This document shows, in pieces, positions 11,829 through 23,379 of a stretch of 64,000 nucleotides of DNA. Location of the stretch: NCBI GenBank assembly GCA_907165135.1, contig OU015568.1, positions 8,804,001 to 8,868,000 of the forward strand, read 5' to 3'. Position numbers and translations under genes: made by a program. The notes under the pieces are model-generated. The model searched no databases, was not told the origin of the DNA, and saw nothing but the letters and a program-made list of their open reading frames with translations. Numbering within the stretch: the first letter of the stretch is position 1; every line of letters starts with the position of its first letter. Origin of the DNA: Oikopleura dioica (taxonomy: Eukaryota > Animalia > Chordata).

Positions 11829-13975
11829 ATGCTTACTGGGCAGATTTTGCGGCGAATTGTTCGGACGTCGAGTTTGCGAAGAAACAGTAATGTTTCCAAG
11901 AAGCTGAACAGATTCTCCGGTGAAGAAAGATACGAAGCCTCCCCAAAGCGATACGATGGAAGGTACATCATCGACGAATCTAATCGCGGAGCTTGGAAGC
12001 TGGAACTCTTGAACGAATACAAACCAGACGATGCGATTGTGCTGTTTTCTGGTAGGGATGTAAAATGTGTTGCTTGATTTTTGAAATCAACAACGACCGA
12101 ATTCCGAATCTTAATTTGTATCACGCTCTTTTATCAGTAGGGCGGAAAATGATCATCAAGAGATGACCATTTTTCTCAAGATTTGTAGAGAGGGTAATCT
12201 CAGCTCAAATTTAAATTGGCGAATTATTTATGCACAGCTGAAAAAATGCGCTTTCATGCTAAAGCCTTCATACTTGCTTATTTTTCATTTCCTCCTTCTA
12301 AATCCAAGATAAACAGCGGTGTTCCCCCGATTCTCCGTTTTATCTTCGTCACTCTTCTTCAAAGAGAAAAGCTTCACATTTACATCCCTATCTCCAGGTA
12401 AACGTCGCAACTTCCCTGGCATCGGCCGTCGATACCTTTCCTCCCCCGACTTCCAAGACATCACCAGTATCCCCAAAGAGCTCTATCGTTCAGAAAGTGT
12501 CTTCTCTCAAACAGATTTCCGTGCTCAAACTCTTGCAAATTTGGCACTCAATCTTTGCGCGTACAGAGAATTTTACAGTACCGACTCTCGCTTTTCAAAG
12601 CTAAAAGTCGCCATTGGATTTGGAATCGGAGAACTAGCCGCTTTGGTCGTTTCGAACTTGATAACGACAGAAGATGCTTTTGCCATCGCGAATTTTTTAT
12701 GCGACGAAGTAGCGGCTTCCGAGAAGGAGATGGAAACGCATGCTGCCATTTGCTCCGTGAAGAACAGGCACAAGATTAATTTGGCCTGCCACGATGCTAG
12801 AGATTACGTTTCAAAGACAAGGGGATTCACACTTGAAGATGCGCTGCTCATTCCAGAGCATGAGGAGTATGGGATCCCAACGACAGTCGATGTGGCGGCT
12901 AGAATTGACAGATACAACATCCTGATCGCAGGGCACCCAGTTGGCATTCAGTACATTGCCAGACAAGCGAATAAGTATAACATTAAGGATGTTCAAGTCA
13001 TTCCGAATTATCCAGCGCTAAATACGATGCATTTTCAGGTAAGAAAACATCTGTGCACATATTATTGAACTTCTAGGTTTCTACAGTAAAATATGGCTAA
13101 GTATTGAACTTAAAAAAATGAGAGAATAGGGCAACTTCTTATGGCAAAGTTCAACGGAGTAATACATTCCTTTCGGGAGTATTCAATTTTGCCGTGAGAA
13201 GTTGTTTGAGAATGGGGAACATGGTGGTAAAAGTAGGGAGTTTTCGCGATTTTTAGAGACATTTCGGAATTTCGAGCGAACATTGAGGAACAATCAGATT
13301 CATTTAGAGAAAATAACAGGCAGATAGGGGCGTTCAGAGACATTCTACTGTTTAATTTTGTATTCTACCGAAAAACACTGGATTCTAGCGCAGTGCGGAC
13401 AAGTTATCCAATCTGCTCTCCGAACTTGAAGGTGGAGAGCCATTTCTTGATGTCTGGAATTTCGCAAATTTGAATTCCAAGACGAAGCCTTTCAACCTGT
13501 ATCAAAGCGTAGACCTTTACTCAGCAAAGAACTTGCAATACTTGCTTCCCAAGACTCTCTTTTCCCGACAAATCCTTTGGCAAAACATGATCAATGCCTT
13601 GCTCAATTATAAGAATAAAGAGGGAAGGATGGACTACTCAAAAACACCGACAGTCATAGAAATAGGACAGGGAGGGAGCTTTGGGCTATCAATAAGAGAT
13701 ATTTATGGCTACGAAATGGTGAAGCCGGAAAAATATAGGTAAGTGACATGGAAGTGAGTTTTTCATCAGTTTACAGATGGATCGACGTGGGTGAAAGTGA
13801 TGCGTACAAATTCCAACAAAGTCAACTTTTAACAAGGAACGGATTTTTTAACTTTTCTTCTCTAGATATCTTTTTTCCCTTCCTGGCGGTCCTTTTCCTT
13901 TTTCAGTTGAAAAATCTAAAAAGATGGAATGAGAGAAAATGGAGAGAAAGCAATAATATCACTGCGTCGCACTAA
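11829..13975 (+). CDS. Mitochondrial malonyl-CoA:ACP transacylase (MCAT/FabD)-like protein with degenerate active site
   Basis: Arg-rich presequence MLTGQILRRIVRTSSLRR; colinear with MCAT: VLFS|GKRRNFPGIG, AIGFGIGELAALV, KINLACHDARDY, ILIAGHP, PALNT, ILWQNMI, PTVIEIGQG; 3' end approximate. Confidence 0.75.
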
Positions 13976-14052
13976 TTTTTCCAAAATCATATTGTTCTGC
14001 ACTAACATTGGAACTTTTAGATCTTTAGAGAAATCGGTAAACTGTCTTAATC

Positions 14053-17000
14053 ATGTCTAACGCCCATCGTTTCGATGGGCATCAGAACCATCGAGACTCG
14101 CCTTCAAGGCCTCCTCCTCAAAATCATCCCCAGGCAGCAAGTGGTTGGATTGACGAACCGCCGAAGCCTTGGTATTTCCTCGAGCTTGATGCTCTATTCA
14201 ATAGTCGCAACCCGCTCTTTCAGGATCGGTTGTATTTTCCACATTACACTATCAACACACTAATGTTTACGATTAGTAGAATGCGATTGATCTCCTAGCG
14301 CGTCAGGCGCACTAAATAACACTGCGCTGCTTGTTGTTTAAACAGGATTATTTGAAGAAACCCTAAGAGTTCTTATTTTACCAATTTTCAACCCGTAAAA
14401 AAGCCAATGCGATCGTTCATCGGACGCCCCGAGTTTTATGACGAAAGACCAGAGATTCAACGAGAAATTTTTGCCCGAGAAAAAGAGAGGCTCATCCAAG
14501 AAGATCTTCTCGAAAAGGATAATATCATAAACATCATCAAAAGAGTTTCGAATGAAGGTGAATTTATGCCCATTTTAACTCATAACAAAGGAACAAAATC
14601 ATTCTAGCCCTCGAACAACACTGGCAATCTCTTGTTCAGCGATCAGAAAATCCAAGAAATGTAGAAAAATTAAATAAGTTTGCTGATAATGTCAACGCGC
14701 TGAAAGCGTCTCGTCGACCAAAAGCAGAAATAGATAGAGCAATCGAAATATATACAAGTTCAAAACGAGCGCTAAATCTTATCTGCGAAGATGCAAGAAC
14801 AATAAAAGCAGAACTTGATTGGCGGAATAGTGCACGACAAAATTTTTTGTTGGGAAATCAGCCTCCTTCTGAAGAAACCACTCCTCGTCAGAGACAATTT
14901 CAAGAGCCGAATCCGCCGATCGATCCACGTGTCCGCCCGGGTCAAAATATTTCCCCGCCGAAGAGACTGATCGACTACAGTCAAGGAGACAACAAGGAGA
15001 ACAGAGAGGAATTGGTGCAACGAGATCCACCAATTGTAGTTAATCGAACTCGAAACGCAAGCGGAACCGTTTACAATTACGAGCAAGCTCAAGCAGATCC
15101 ACGTCAACTTCCTCCACGGGCTAATCGAGGGTGGTCTCTAGAGCCGTCATCTGGTTGGAATGATCCTCCGACAAGAAGCGATCAAGCTCTTAGAGGAAAG
15201 TCGCCAGATCCACAACAATGGCATAGTCGCAAAAATGACTGGTCAGCTGAGCCACCAACAAATTGGAATGATCCGACTCCACCAGAAAGAACAACTTATC
15301 AACAAAGAGAACAAGAGTTGTCTCGGATCGCAGAAGACCAACCACGTAGTCGATCTCCTGAATGGAATTCTCAACGCCGAAGGTCACCAGAGCCTCGTCG
15401 TAGGTCCCTAGAACGCCGGAATTCACCAAATCGCGACAGAAAGAAAGGTAGATCGTCTGCGGACTCACCAGAGAGACGGAAATCTCCAAGTCGTCGCCCG
15501 TCACGGGACAAAGGTAATTTTTTCCCGCTTCTAACAGTCAGTCTATCATTTATAGAACGAAAAAGAGGATCAGAGCGCCGAAAATCCTCATCGAAATCAC
15601 CAGAACGACGTCCTTCTCGTGACAAAAGCTCATCTCACACGTCGAAAGAAAGAAGCTCCCGTGAAAATTCTTCCGCTGATAAGCGTCGTGAAAGATCTCC
15701 GCCAGCCCGTCGTAGAACCCCTCCTCGAAGGCGCAGTCCTCCCCAAAGCACTCGTTCTCCTAATAGACAGAGAAAGGATCATAATATTCGACCAGTGTCG
15801 AATCCTCGCCAAACTCCACCGAGTCAACCTGGTCCGAATAACAATTTACCGATGACTCCGGATTCTCAGGTTCAACAGCTGACAGTTACTGTGAACGAGT
15901 TCAGTCCGTTGGGTAATAGTGGTACGATGCCAAGTAGAAGAATGCTGGCAGAAAGGAAGAAACTTGAAGGTGAGCGTCAAGCACTTCAAAAGCAGCGCGA
16001 AGAATTGCACAGAAAGAGGCAAGAGTTAGCGCTTTCGGCTAAGAGGAAAGAACACGATTTTCAACGAAAACGACAGGAATCCACGGATAGTGAATCCCCG
16101 GAAACGTTGCGAAAGAAGGCTCTGGAATCTCAGAGCATTGAAACTTTGAGAGCCAACGCCATCAATTCCATTTCTAGCGTGAGGAAAGCCCTTCCAAACG
16201 AGGGACCGCCAAAGAATGTTTACTCAGTGACCTTGGGTATGAGTGAATCTTCTGAAACATTGCGAAACAAAGCAGCAAATGCTTCTCCTAAAAAACTACC
16301 GCAATTTGATGAATCCGAGAATCGAGGCCAAACTGCTTCTGAACCGCGCAATCCACCAAAAAATGACTCCGTGATCTTGATCGACGATTCTGATGACGAT
16401 AACATGGATATTAGCACCCACGAAGAAGAGCCAAGCCCTCAAGAAATCGCCGCTCAAAAAGCTCAAGAACTTAACAAACGACTTGAAGCAAAAAGAAATG
16501 AGAAAAAGCAACTCCAAAAGCAGAAATCTGATGAGTTTATCAAGCGACTAGAACCTCAGCAAAAAGATGCTGAGAAAAAGAGACAGGACGCGTCGGTCCT
16601 AGAGCAAGAAGCGAAAAGGCAAAAAGCGATTAAATTTGCGGAAGAAAAAGCCAGGCAAATTGCGAATCAACATGCCGTTAGGGAGAGACAGCAAGAGCTT
16701 CAAACAAGAATCAATGCTGGTCTTGCAAAAATGGGAGGAAGCGTAATTGCGACAAACAAGGATAGGGAAGAAATGATCAAAAATAATAGGCTGCAGAGAG
16801 AAATCTCAAACTATCAGCATGCTAAAACTGCTGCTCAACTGAGGTAAAACTTGGAAAACAAAAGGGTGTTAAATGAGTCCGTTTAGGATGGAGGAGAGAC
16901 TGGCAAGAACTAAAAAGTATACTCATTATGCTATTTATTTCAAATAATAATATTAATCAAATAATAAATTATTTGTTATAGTTATTTCTTGGTTTTTTCT

Positions 17001-19054
17001 ATAATTTCAATAACATTAAATTCAGGTTGGCAGAAGAAGGTCTGAAGATGGTTTCCGGAAAGATGCCAGTTCAGAAGAAATTGAGGATGGACATCGAAGC
17101 CCAGCTTGCTGAAAAGTCACCTGAACCGACTCCTAAAAAGAACGAGAAATCTTCAGAACCTGCTAAGAAAAAGAAGCGACGATCTCGATCTAGATCTCGT
17201 GACCGCTCTCGATCCCGTGAGCGCCGTCGACGACGTCGTTCCCGTACTCGCTCTCGCTCAAGAAGCCCTCGAAGAAGACGATCCAGAAGCCGATCAAGAA
17301 GTCCTCGGAGGAGACGAAGATCGCACTCTCGATCAAGATCGCGAGACCGTCACCGTCGTCGCCGCTCGAGATCCCGCTCACGATCTCGCAGACGCGATAA
17401 ATCCAGATCTAGCTCAGTTCGGCGTGAGCGCTCAAGATCGAAGAAGAAATCTGAAAGCGACTCTCGCAAAAGTTCTGAAAGAGCGACTCTCCGACGCAGT
17501 TACACTGAAGAGGAAAAAGAGAAAAACTCTGATAAGAGAAGCGAGCTCTCGGAACTGGAAGAAGTGCCAATTTCATCAGACGAAGATTCTAGCCCTTCTC
17601 CGTCGCCAAAGCCATCTAATTTCAACTTCATGTCCGGCCCTCCGCCCGGAATGGGTCCTCCTGTTCCTCCGATTCCTCCGCCTGTGCCTCCTTTTATGCA
17701 CCCGGCTTTTCCACCATTTGCGCCACCACCTGTTGCCGCTCCTGGGCTTATTCCACAGTTTGCAACCAGAGATCCCTATAATTTCTTGAATCAAATTCCT
17801 AATGTTCCACCTCCGAACTTGGAACCTGCGACTGCTTCAGTCCCTGAAAAAGCTCAGGAAAACGTTCAGCCACCACAAGTTGAGTCAGAAGTAAATGCAC
17901 TTACTGAAGATATCCGTGCGCAAGCCCAAGCTTTTCAGGCAGAAAAAAATACTCAAGATATTGCTGAGCCTGTCGGCGAAAAAGTCACTGACCGAGACTT
18001 TTTCCAAAGTCGTTTTATCAGGACAAAGATTGAGGGTGATAAAGTTGCTTTGATTATTCGAGGTCTTCCAGGTAAGAAAATAATGGTTTTGTGTCTTCAG
18101 CATATTTCTACTTGAAATATTTCAGGCTCAGGCAAAACTACTGTAGCCAGAAAAATTGAAGAAATGGAGCGTGCGAACGGCAAAAAAGTGAAACGGCTTG
18201 ATTTTGTCGACGAGTTCAAGGAAGACAAACATGACGTAATTCACTTGATTTTTATACTTTTTTCTATATTTATAGGATCCGGACTTCACCGATTACGAGA
18301 AGCGAGAAAAGCGCGAAAACTTTTTCCTAAAAATGGAGAAAGAGTTGCGAAAGAGCAAGTACAATGTCATCATCGTTGAAGACATCTTTGCCCACGTGAC
18401 TAGCTTCGAAGATTTCTACGCTACCGCTGTCAAGTGGTTTTACAAGGTTTGTTTTGATAGATTTTCCAAGTTTTTTAAACATTCGCTCTCTAGCCATTCG
18501 TTATTGATGTTGGGAAGACATCTGAAGACGTTGTGCAGGAGTATTTCCTCAATCAAGAAATGATGCGCTCTCTGGAAATGTGCGAGTACTTCCAGAAAAG
18601 CTACCAGAAGACTCCCGAGCGTTTCAACCGGATAATTCTTCGCTACACCTTCGATGTCGAAACTGACATCGAATATGAATCCGGCGAGTGTACTACTGGA
18701 GAGTCTTCCCAGGAAACCATAACCGCGGACATTGATCCGCGTAGAAGTCCAAGGGACAGATTGAGCTTTTCAATTGGCCCAGCTGTCCCTGTTCGTAAGT
18801 CATAATTATTTTGAAAGTATTGGTAAGATTCTCTGTAACAGTTACGTCTATTTTATTTATCTATTTTCTATTTACTTAAATCATTTTCTAGCGCCAAATT
18901 CTGTGAACTTGGACACTTCAAAGGTAATATCTGTCTAATACTCTTTCTGAAGCTTCAAATTTAGTCACACGCATCAACTAGCCTTCCTCCTGGCACTTCA
19001 CCTATCCCGACACTGGCACCTTCGAGAAGAAAAGAACATGCTTACGAAAATTGA
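14053..19054 (+). CDS. YLPM1/ZAP3-like nuclear protein: low-complexity, RS-rich and Pro-rich regions plus C-terminal P-loop domain
   Basis: KVALIIRGLP|GSGKTTVARKIEEME...NVIIVEDIFAHVTSFEDFYATA resembles the YLPM1 C-terminal domain; long exons 14847-16843 and 17026-18070 joined in frame; splicing of 14053-14850 unresolved. Confidence 0.55.
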
Positions 19055-19308
19055 AGTAATGAGAAACAATTCTCTGCTGCTAGTTCTGTCTCATATTCGC
19101 CACTGCTATTTTATTTACGTTCTCCTGTAAGCTTATGATAAATTTTAAAAGGATACTGCCATTTTATGTAGCCTACAGGAGAAATAACGGATAATACTCG
19201 GATATGTTTACTGTAAACTTGTAAAATAGTGATATCATCACGGCAATACATTGATACATCACCACAAAATTCAAACACATTGTTATTTTTGTCAGGGATT
19301 TAGAAAAA

Positions 19309-21966
19309 ATGAGTGATTCGGAAGAGTGGGGCGGGGAAAATGAAGCAGAACTGAGCGGAGACGATGCTTCGGATTATGAAGCACGCCCAGATGAAGCTTC
19401 AGAGTCGTACGAGTCGGAGTCTGACTATTCGGAATCAGAACCAGGTCCTAGTAAGAAGCGCAAGAGGGATCGCCCTCCGAAAAGCACAAAGAAGAAAGCT
19501 GTTGTCTTCGACAATCCAGACATTTCTAATATACCTTCTTCGGAAGTTAAAAAAATTGAAGGCCTCCCAATTCCTTTGTCGATCTGGGATAAGCTAAAAG
19601 ACCACCAGAAGGACGGTGTCCGCTGGCTTTGGAAACGCGTTGGCCACGGTCAAGGGGCGATTTTGGGCGATGAAATGGGTCTTGGCAAGACTGTTCAAGT
19701 TATTGCGATTCTATCCGGCCTATTTGCCGACAAAACGCTTCACAATATCCTGATTATTGTCCCTGCTACGCTTCAAAAGCAATGGGTGCAAGAGTTTCAA
19801 AAGTGGAATACAGCGATCAAAGTCAAAATATTCAACTCTGGAAGAATCAAACCCAATCATGTTTACATAAGTTCATATGAAAAAGTCCGTTCTGATGCAT
19901 CAGGGCTTTTGGACATTGATTGGAACATGGTGATTTGCGATGAGGGCCACAGGTAGGATAGCACTTTTGCTTTTCGTTTGTGCATTCTCCTTGTTGATTT
20001 CAGGCTTCGAAATCCAAAATGCATGACAACTCGCAACATCAAGCGAATCAATTCGACCAAGCGGATCATCCTAACAGGCTCGCCGATCATGAACTCGCTC
20101 ACAGAACTCTGGTCCCTGGTCGACTTCGTCCAGCCTGGATTGCTAGGAAAACTAGAGGTTTTCTCAGTAGAACTAGCGGTTCCTATTCAGCAAGGGAGTT
20201 TGGCTGGTGCTAATCAAATGCAAATCGTGACCGGGCTGAAATGTGCCGAGGAGCTGAGAGCGATTGTCAAGCCTCTATTGCTTCGTCGATTGAAATCAGA
20301 CATCAACCTCGTCAAAGTAGAGAAATCCGACAACGCGCTGTTCATAAAGATGACCGAGGAGCAAGAAGCAGTCTACAGAAGTTATCTTGGGACTCAACGA
20401 GTCAAAGACGCTCTACTAGAGGGCGCTCACTGCTTTGGAATTCTCGCAAAACTTCGGCAGCTGGTCTCGCATCCCTATTTTGTGGGAGATGCTGAAACGG
20501 GGAAAATTACCGATGAACAAATTTCTCGCTCTATTAAAAACCCGACAGTTAGTGGAAAGATGCAAGCATTACTCTCGCTTCTGGGTGGCTGGAGAAAGCA
20601 AAAAAGAAAAGTGCTTGGTAAGTTTTATCAGAAAATAATAAATTAAAAATTGGAGCACTTTTCAGTTTTTTGCCAGTGCTTGCCTTCGCTAAAAATGATC
20701 GTTGGCATGTGCAATCGCAACAATGTCCCAGTTCTGTCAATCTCCGGCCAGACAGCTGTTGCCACCCGCCAAATGCTCATCAATGAGTTCAACGATTCGC
20801 CAGAAGCATTTGCGATGGTGCTGACTTCGCGTGTTGGAGGCGTCGGGCTAAACATTCATGGGGCGACTAGAACTGTAATATTTGAACCTGATTGGAATCC
20901 AGGACAGGACGAACAGGTACCTTTTCAATGTTTCTTCATCAATAAATAGTTTTTAAGGCTGCGGCTAGAATCCATCGCCCTCAACAAAAAGAAAATGTCG
21001 CGATCTACCGTCTAATTACCACTGACAGCATTGAAGAATGGATCTATCAGCGTCAGATCTACAAGCACAGCGTGGCCCAGCATGTTTTATCCGACAAGCA
21101 CAACGATCAGCGCTTATTCGACAAAGCTTCCATGGCATGTTTGCTCTTTGGCAAGGGAGATACGGCAGAAACGTTGAAAATGATCGGCGCGGATATCAAG
21201 ATTGACAAAAAGAAGAAAAAGACAGAGTTGGAGAAAGCAGCTGAAAAAGTTGCAGAAGCACAAGAAAGCTCGATTTCAAAGAGCTTGAAAAAGGTCTACA
21301 AAAAGTTTCCTCATCTCAAGCCGAAAAAGACAGATACGATTGACGGAGAGAAGATAGAAGGGCTCCAGAGTTCGTCGAAAATCGATGTTGGCGAGAAGAA
21401 GGACTACGGGAAGACGGAGGATTGGGTACTAGCGAGATTGTTTAAGAAAGCAGGGTGCGTGATGGACACAGCAGTCGATCAAGCGGCGATAAAACAGGGC
21501 ACTGGTAAGCGATATACATTTTTGATGAGTTCAAAATAATATTTCTACTTTTGTAGACTACAAAAGAATCGACGAAGAAGCCCAAAAAGTAGCTAAAGCC
21601 GCGGTGGCCGCCCTTCACAAGAACCTTAGACAGCCGAAAGTCAAGTCGATCAAAACGAAAGGATCTTCCTCATCCCTCCTTCAAAAGATGCGCCAGCGAA
21701 GAACCGTGGAGGAAGAGGTAGAAGCGCCCATAGCCTTGCCAGATAATGTTCTGAAGAAATCAAAGCTGAATCCAAACTACAAATTGGCGAATAATCTTCG
21801 CAATTACATCGAAGAGTTTTGGCGAGGGCCCACGAGTGACGATTTAATCGCCAAGTTCGATGGAAATGTAAAGGACAAGGCAGTTTTCAAAGCTGTTCTG
21901 AAGCAGATGGCGGTCTTGGATCCGAAAACCAGGCGGTGGAAACTCAAGCCGCAATACGAATCTTAA
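19309..21966 (+). CDS. ERCC6: SNF2-family ATPase, Cockayne syndrome B / Rad26 homolog
   Basis: GAILGDEMGLGKT, CDEGHR|LRNP, IILTGSPIMNSLTELWSLVDFVQPGLLG, LLRRLKSD, LTSRVGGVGLN, FEPDWNP; C-terminal SSSSLLQKMRQR and winged-helix-like end (VFKAVLKQMA...WKLKPQY). Confidence 0.85.
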
Positions 21967-22165
21967 AGATTTTTCTGTAAATAATCACATTTTTTCGCAT
22001 TGATCCTTTTTCTTATTGATATTTTTATCACCATGTTCCTCCTAATGATAGTTCCGAGAATATAACTGACTGTAACGACTACAGTAACTGCCACACAAAA
22101 TATTAATAAAGCTTAAAAAAAAGAATTGACCATTGTAGGATCAGGCAAAGGCGAGTGAAAAGTAT

Positions 22166-22237
22166 TGAAGAAGCCTGGGGTCGAACCAGGGACCTCCGTG
22201 TTCATGAACCGGTGTGCTACCACTGCACTACTTCTCC
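22166..22237 (-). ncRNA. tRNA-derived 72-nt cloverleaf with Pol III A/B boxes in the 3' LTR; anticodon arm degenerate
   Basis: GGAGAAG TA GTGC AGTGGTA GCAC A CCGGT TCATGAA CACGG AGGTC CCTGG TTCGACC CCAGG CTTCTTC A, then ATACTTTT. Confidence 0.8.
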
Positions 22238-22483
22238 GGGGACTTTGTCCGCCATTCGAGCCAGTTACTATGCCTAAGAGGAGAGGACCTTCTCCCACAA
22301 CTCCCTAGTAACTGCTCTAACAACTCGTCTTACATATGCCGCCTTGGGTTTTGGTTCTTTGTCTGGTGCCACGGTCCCCAACCGTTACAAGCCTACCAAC
22401 CCTCCCAACCTTCAGCTTCTCCTGAGCTACTGAGTGAACCTTTGTCAATCTCAGCTTAGGGTTTGTTTTGGCTACCTAGACAA

Positions 22484-22499
22484 CCCACTGTCTTCACCA
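22484..22499 (-). promoter_or_regulatory. Primer-binding site of the TRIM
   Basis: Minus strand TGGTGAAGACAGTGGG, complementary to a tRNA 3' end CCCAC-UGUCUUC-A-CCA (T-stem, acceptor strand, discriminator, CCA). Confidence 0.8.
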
Positions 22500-22534
22500 G
22501 TTTGTAGGATCAGGCAAAGGCGAGTGAAAAGTAT

Positions 22535-22606
22535 TGAAGAAGCCTGGGGTCGAACCAGGGACCTCCGTGTTCATGAACCGGTGTGCTACCACTGCACTAC
22601 TTCTCC
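22535..22606 (-). ncRNA. tRNA-derived 72-nt cloverleaf with Pol III A/B boxes in the 5' LTR
   Basis: Identical to the 22166-22237 copy, offset 369 bp. Confidence 0.8.
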
Positions 22607-23379
22607 GGGGACTTTGTCCGCCATTCGAGCCAGTTACTATGCCTAAGAGGAGAGGACCTTCTCCCACACCATTAATAACGGTCCATTATCGGGGTTTAGT
22701 TGGCAGAACCCAGATGAGATATTCTCCAAGTGACGAGGTCGCAAATTATTATTCTAATGCAGTGGTCAGACTTTGAAGCCAGTGACCCGGTGAGCCGGTG
22801 GTGCTCAGTAATTCTTAATCTTTTCAATTATTCACATACCATTATTGCAGGCTCCATTAAATGTCAGGACTGCCTCGTCCAAACTTCAACTAACAGCAGC
22901 CTAACTTTTATGTTAAACACATGTGATGCTTTTCCCGCAGGTTGAAAAGGTTTTTTCTGACAGATTTTCGATTTCGAAAAAGAGATAAACGCGTATTTAG
23001 CTCAGTGTCCCGTACCTGCTGGTTATAATCGTTCTTGGACTGTATCTTGTTTTTCCGATTATTTTGCTTTTTATTCATATGAAGAACTTAATCCGACAAT
23101 TCATCCGTAAGAGCAATTTTTCGGCGAACGATTTCAGAGCAATACTAATTTTTTAGCTGGAAGACATGTGGAGATAATGGCTATTTGAAGAACTTCGAAC
23201 ACAAAAGAATATTTCAATCCAACACTAGAGAGAAATAAATCTCATTCTGAATGCTTAATTTTTGCAGGGTAGAGTTCTTGCACGGCTGTCAAAAAATGTC
23301 TCCATAAAATGCAAAATTAATATTTGTTCGCGGTACTTTTTGTCTTTGGGGGCTTCTGTTGCACCAGAAACAGCTAAAC

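Larger units (their letters stand above)
22134..22668 (-). mobile_element. Miniature non-autonomous LTR retrotransposon (TRIM) with a tRNA-like sequence in each LTR
   Basis: Identical 166-bp direct repeats 22134-22299 and 22503-22668 with TGT...ACA ends; 4-bp TSD CCAT (22130-22133, 22669-22672); 203-bp non-coding interior with PBS 3 nt from the 5' LTR and short PPT (AGGGAG) before the 3' LTR on the minus strand. Confidence 0.92.

Noticed and set aside
17106-17789. 227-aa alternative-frame ORF overlapping the RS region
   Set aside because: By-product of low-complexity RS coding sequence; no independent start context or domain.
22166-22606. Two functional tRNA genes (tRNA-Met or -His)
   Set aside because: The anticodon stem has two mismatches, position 33 is not U in the canonical register, and both copies sit inside LTRs; treated as tRNA-derived promoter modules.
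22133-22668. CRISPR array or simple tandem duplication
   Set aside because: Only two 166-bp units, with TG..CA ends, TSD and PBS in a eukaryotic context; an LTR structure explains it.
22730-22945. Small gene or SLC7 upstream exon
   Set aside because: Spliced reading gives only a very short peptide with no homology, and no convincing link to SLC7.
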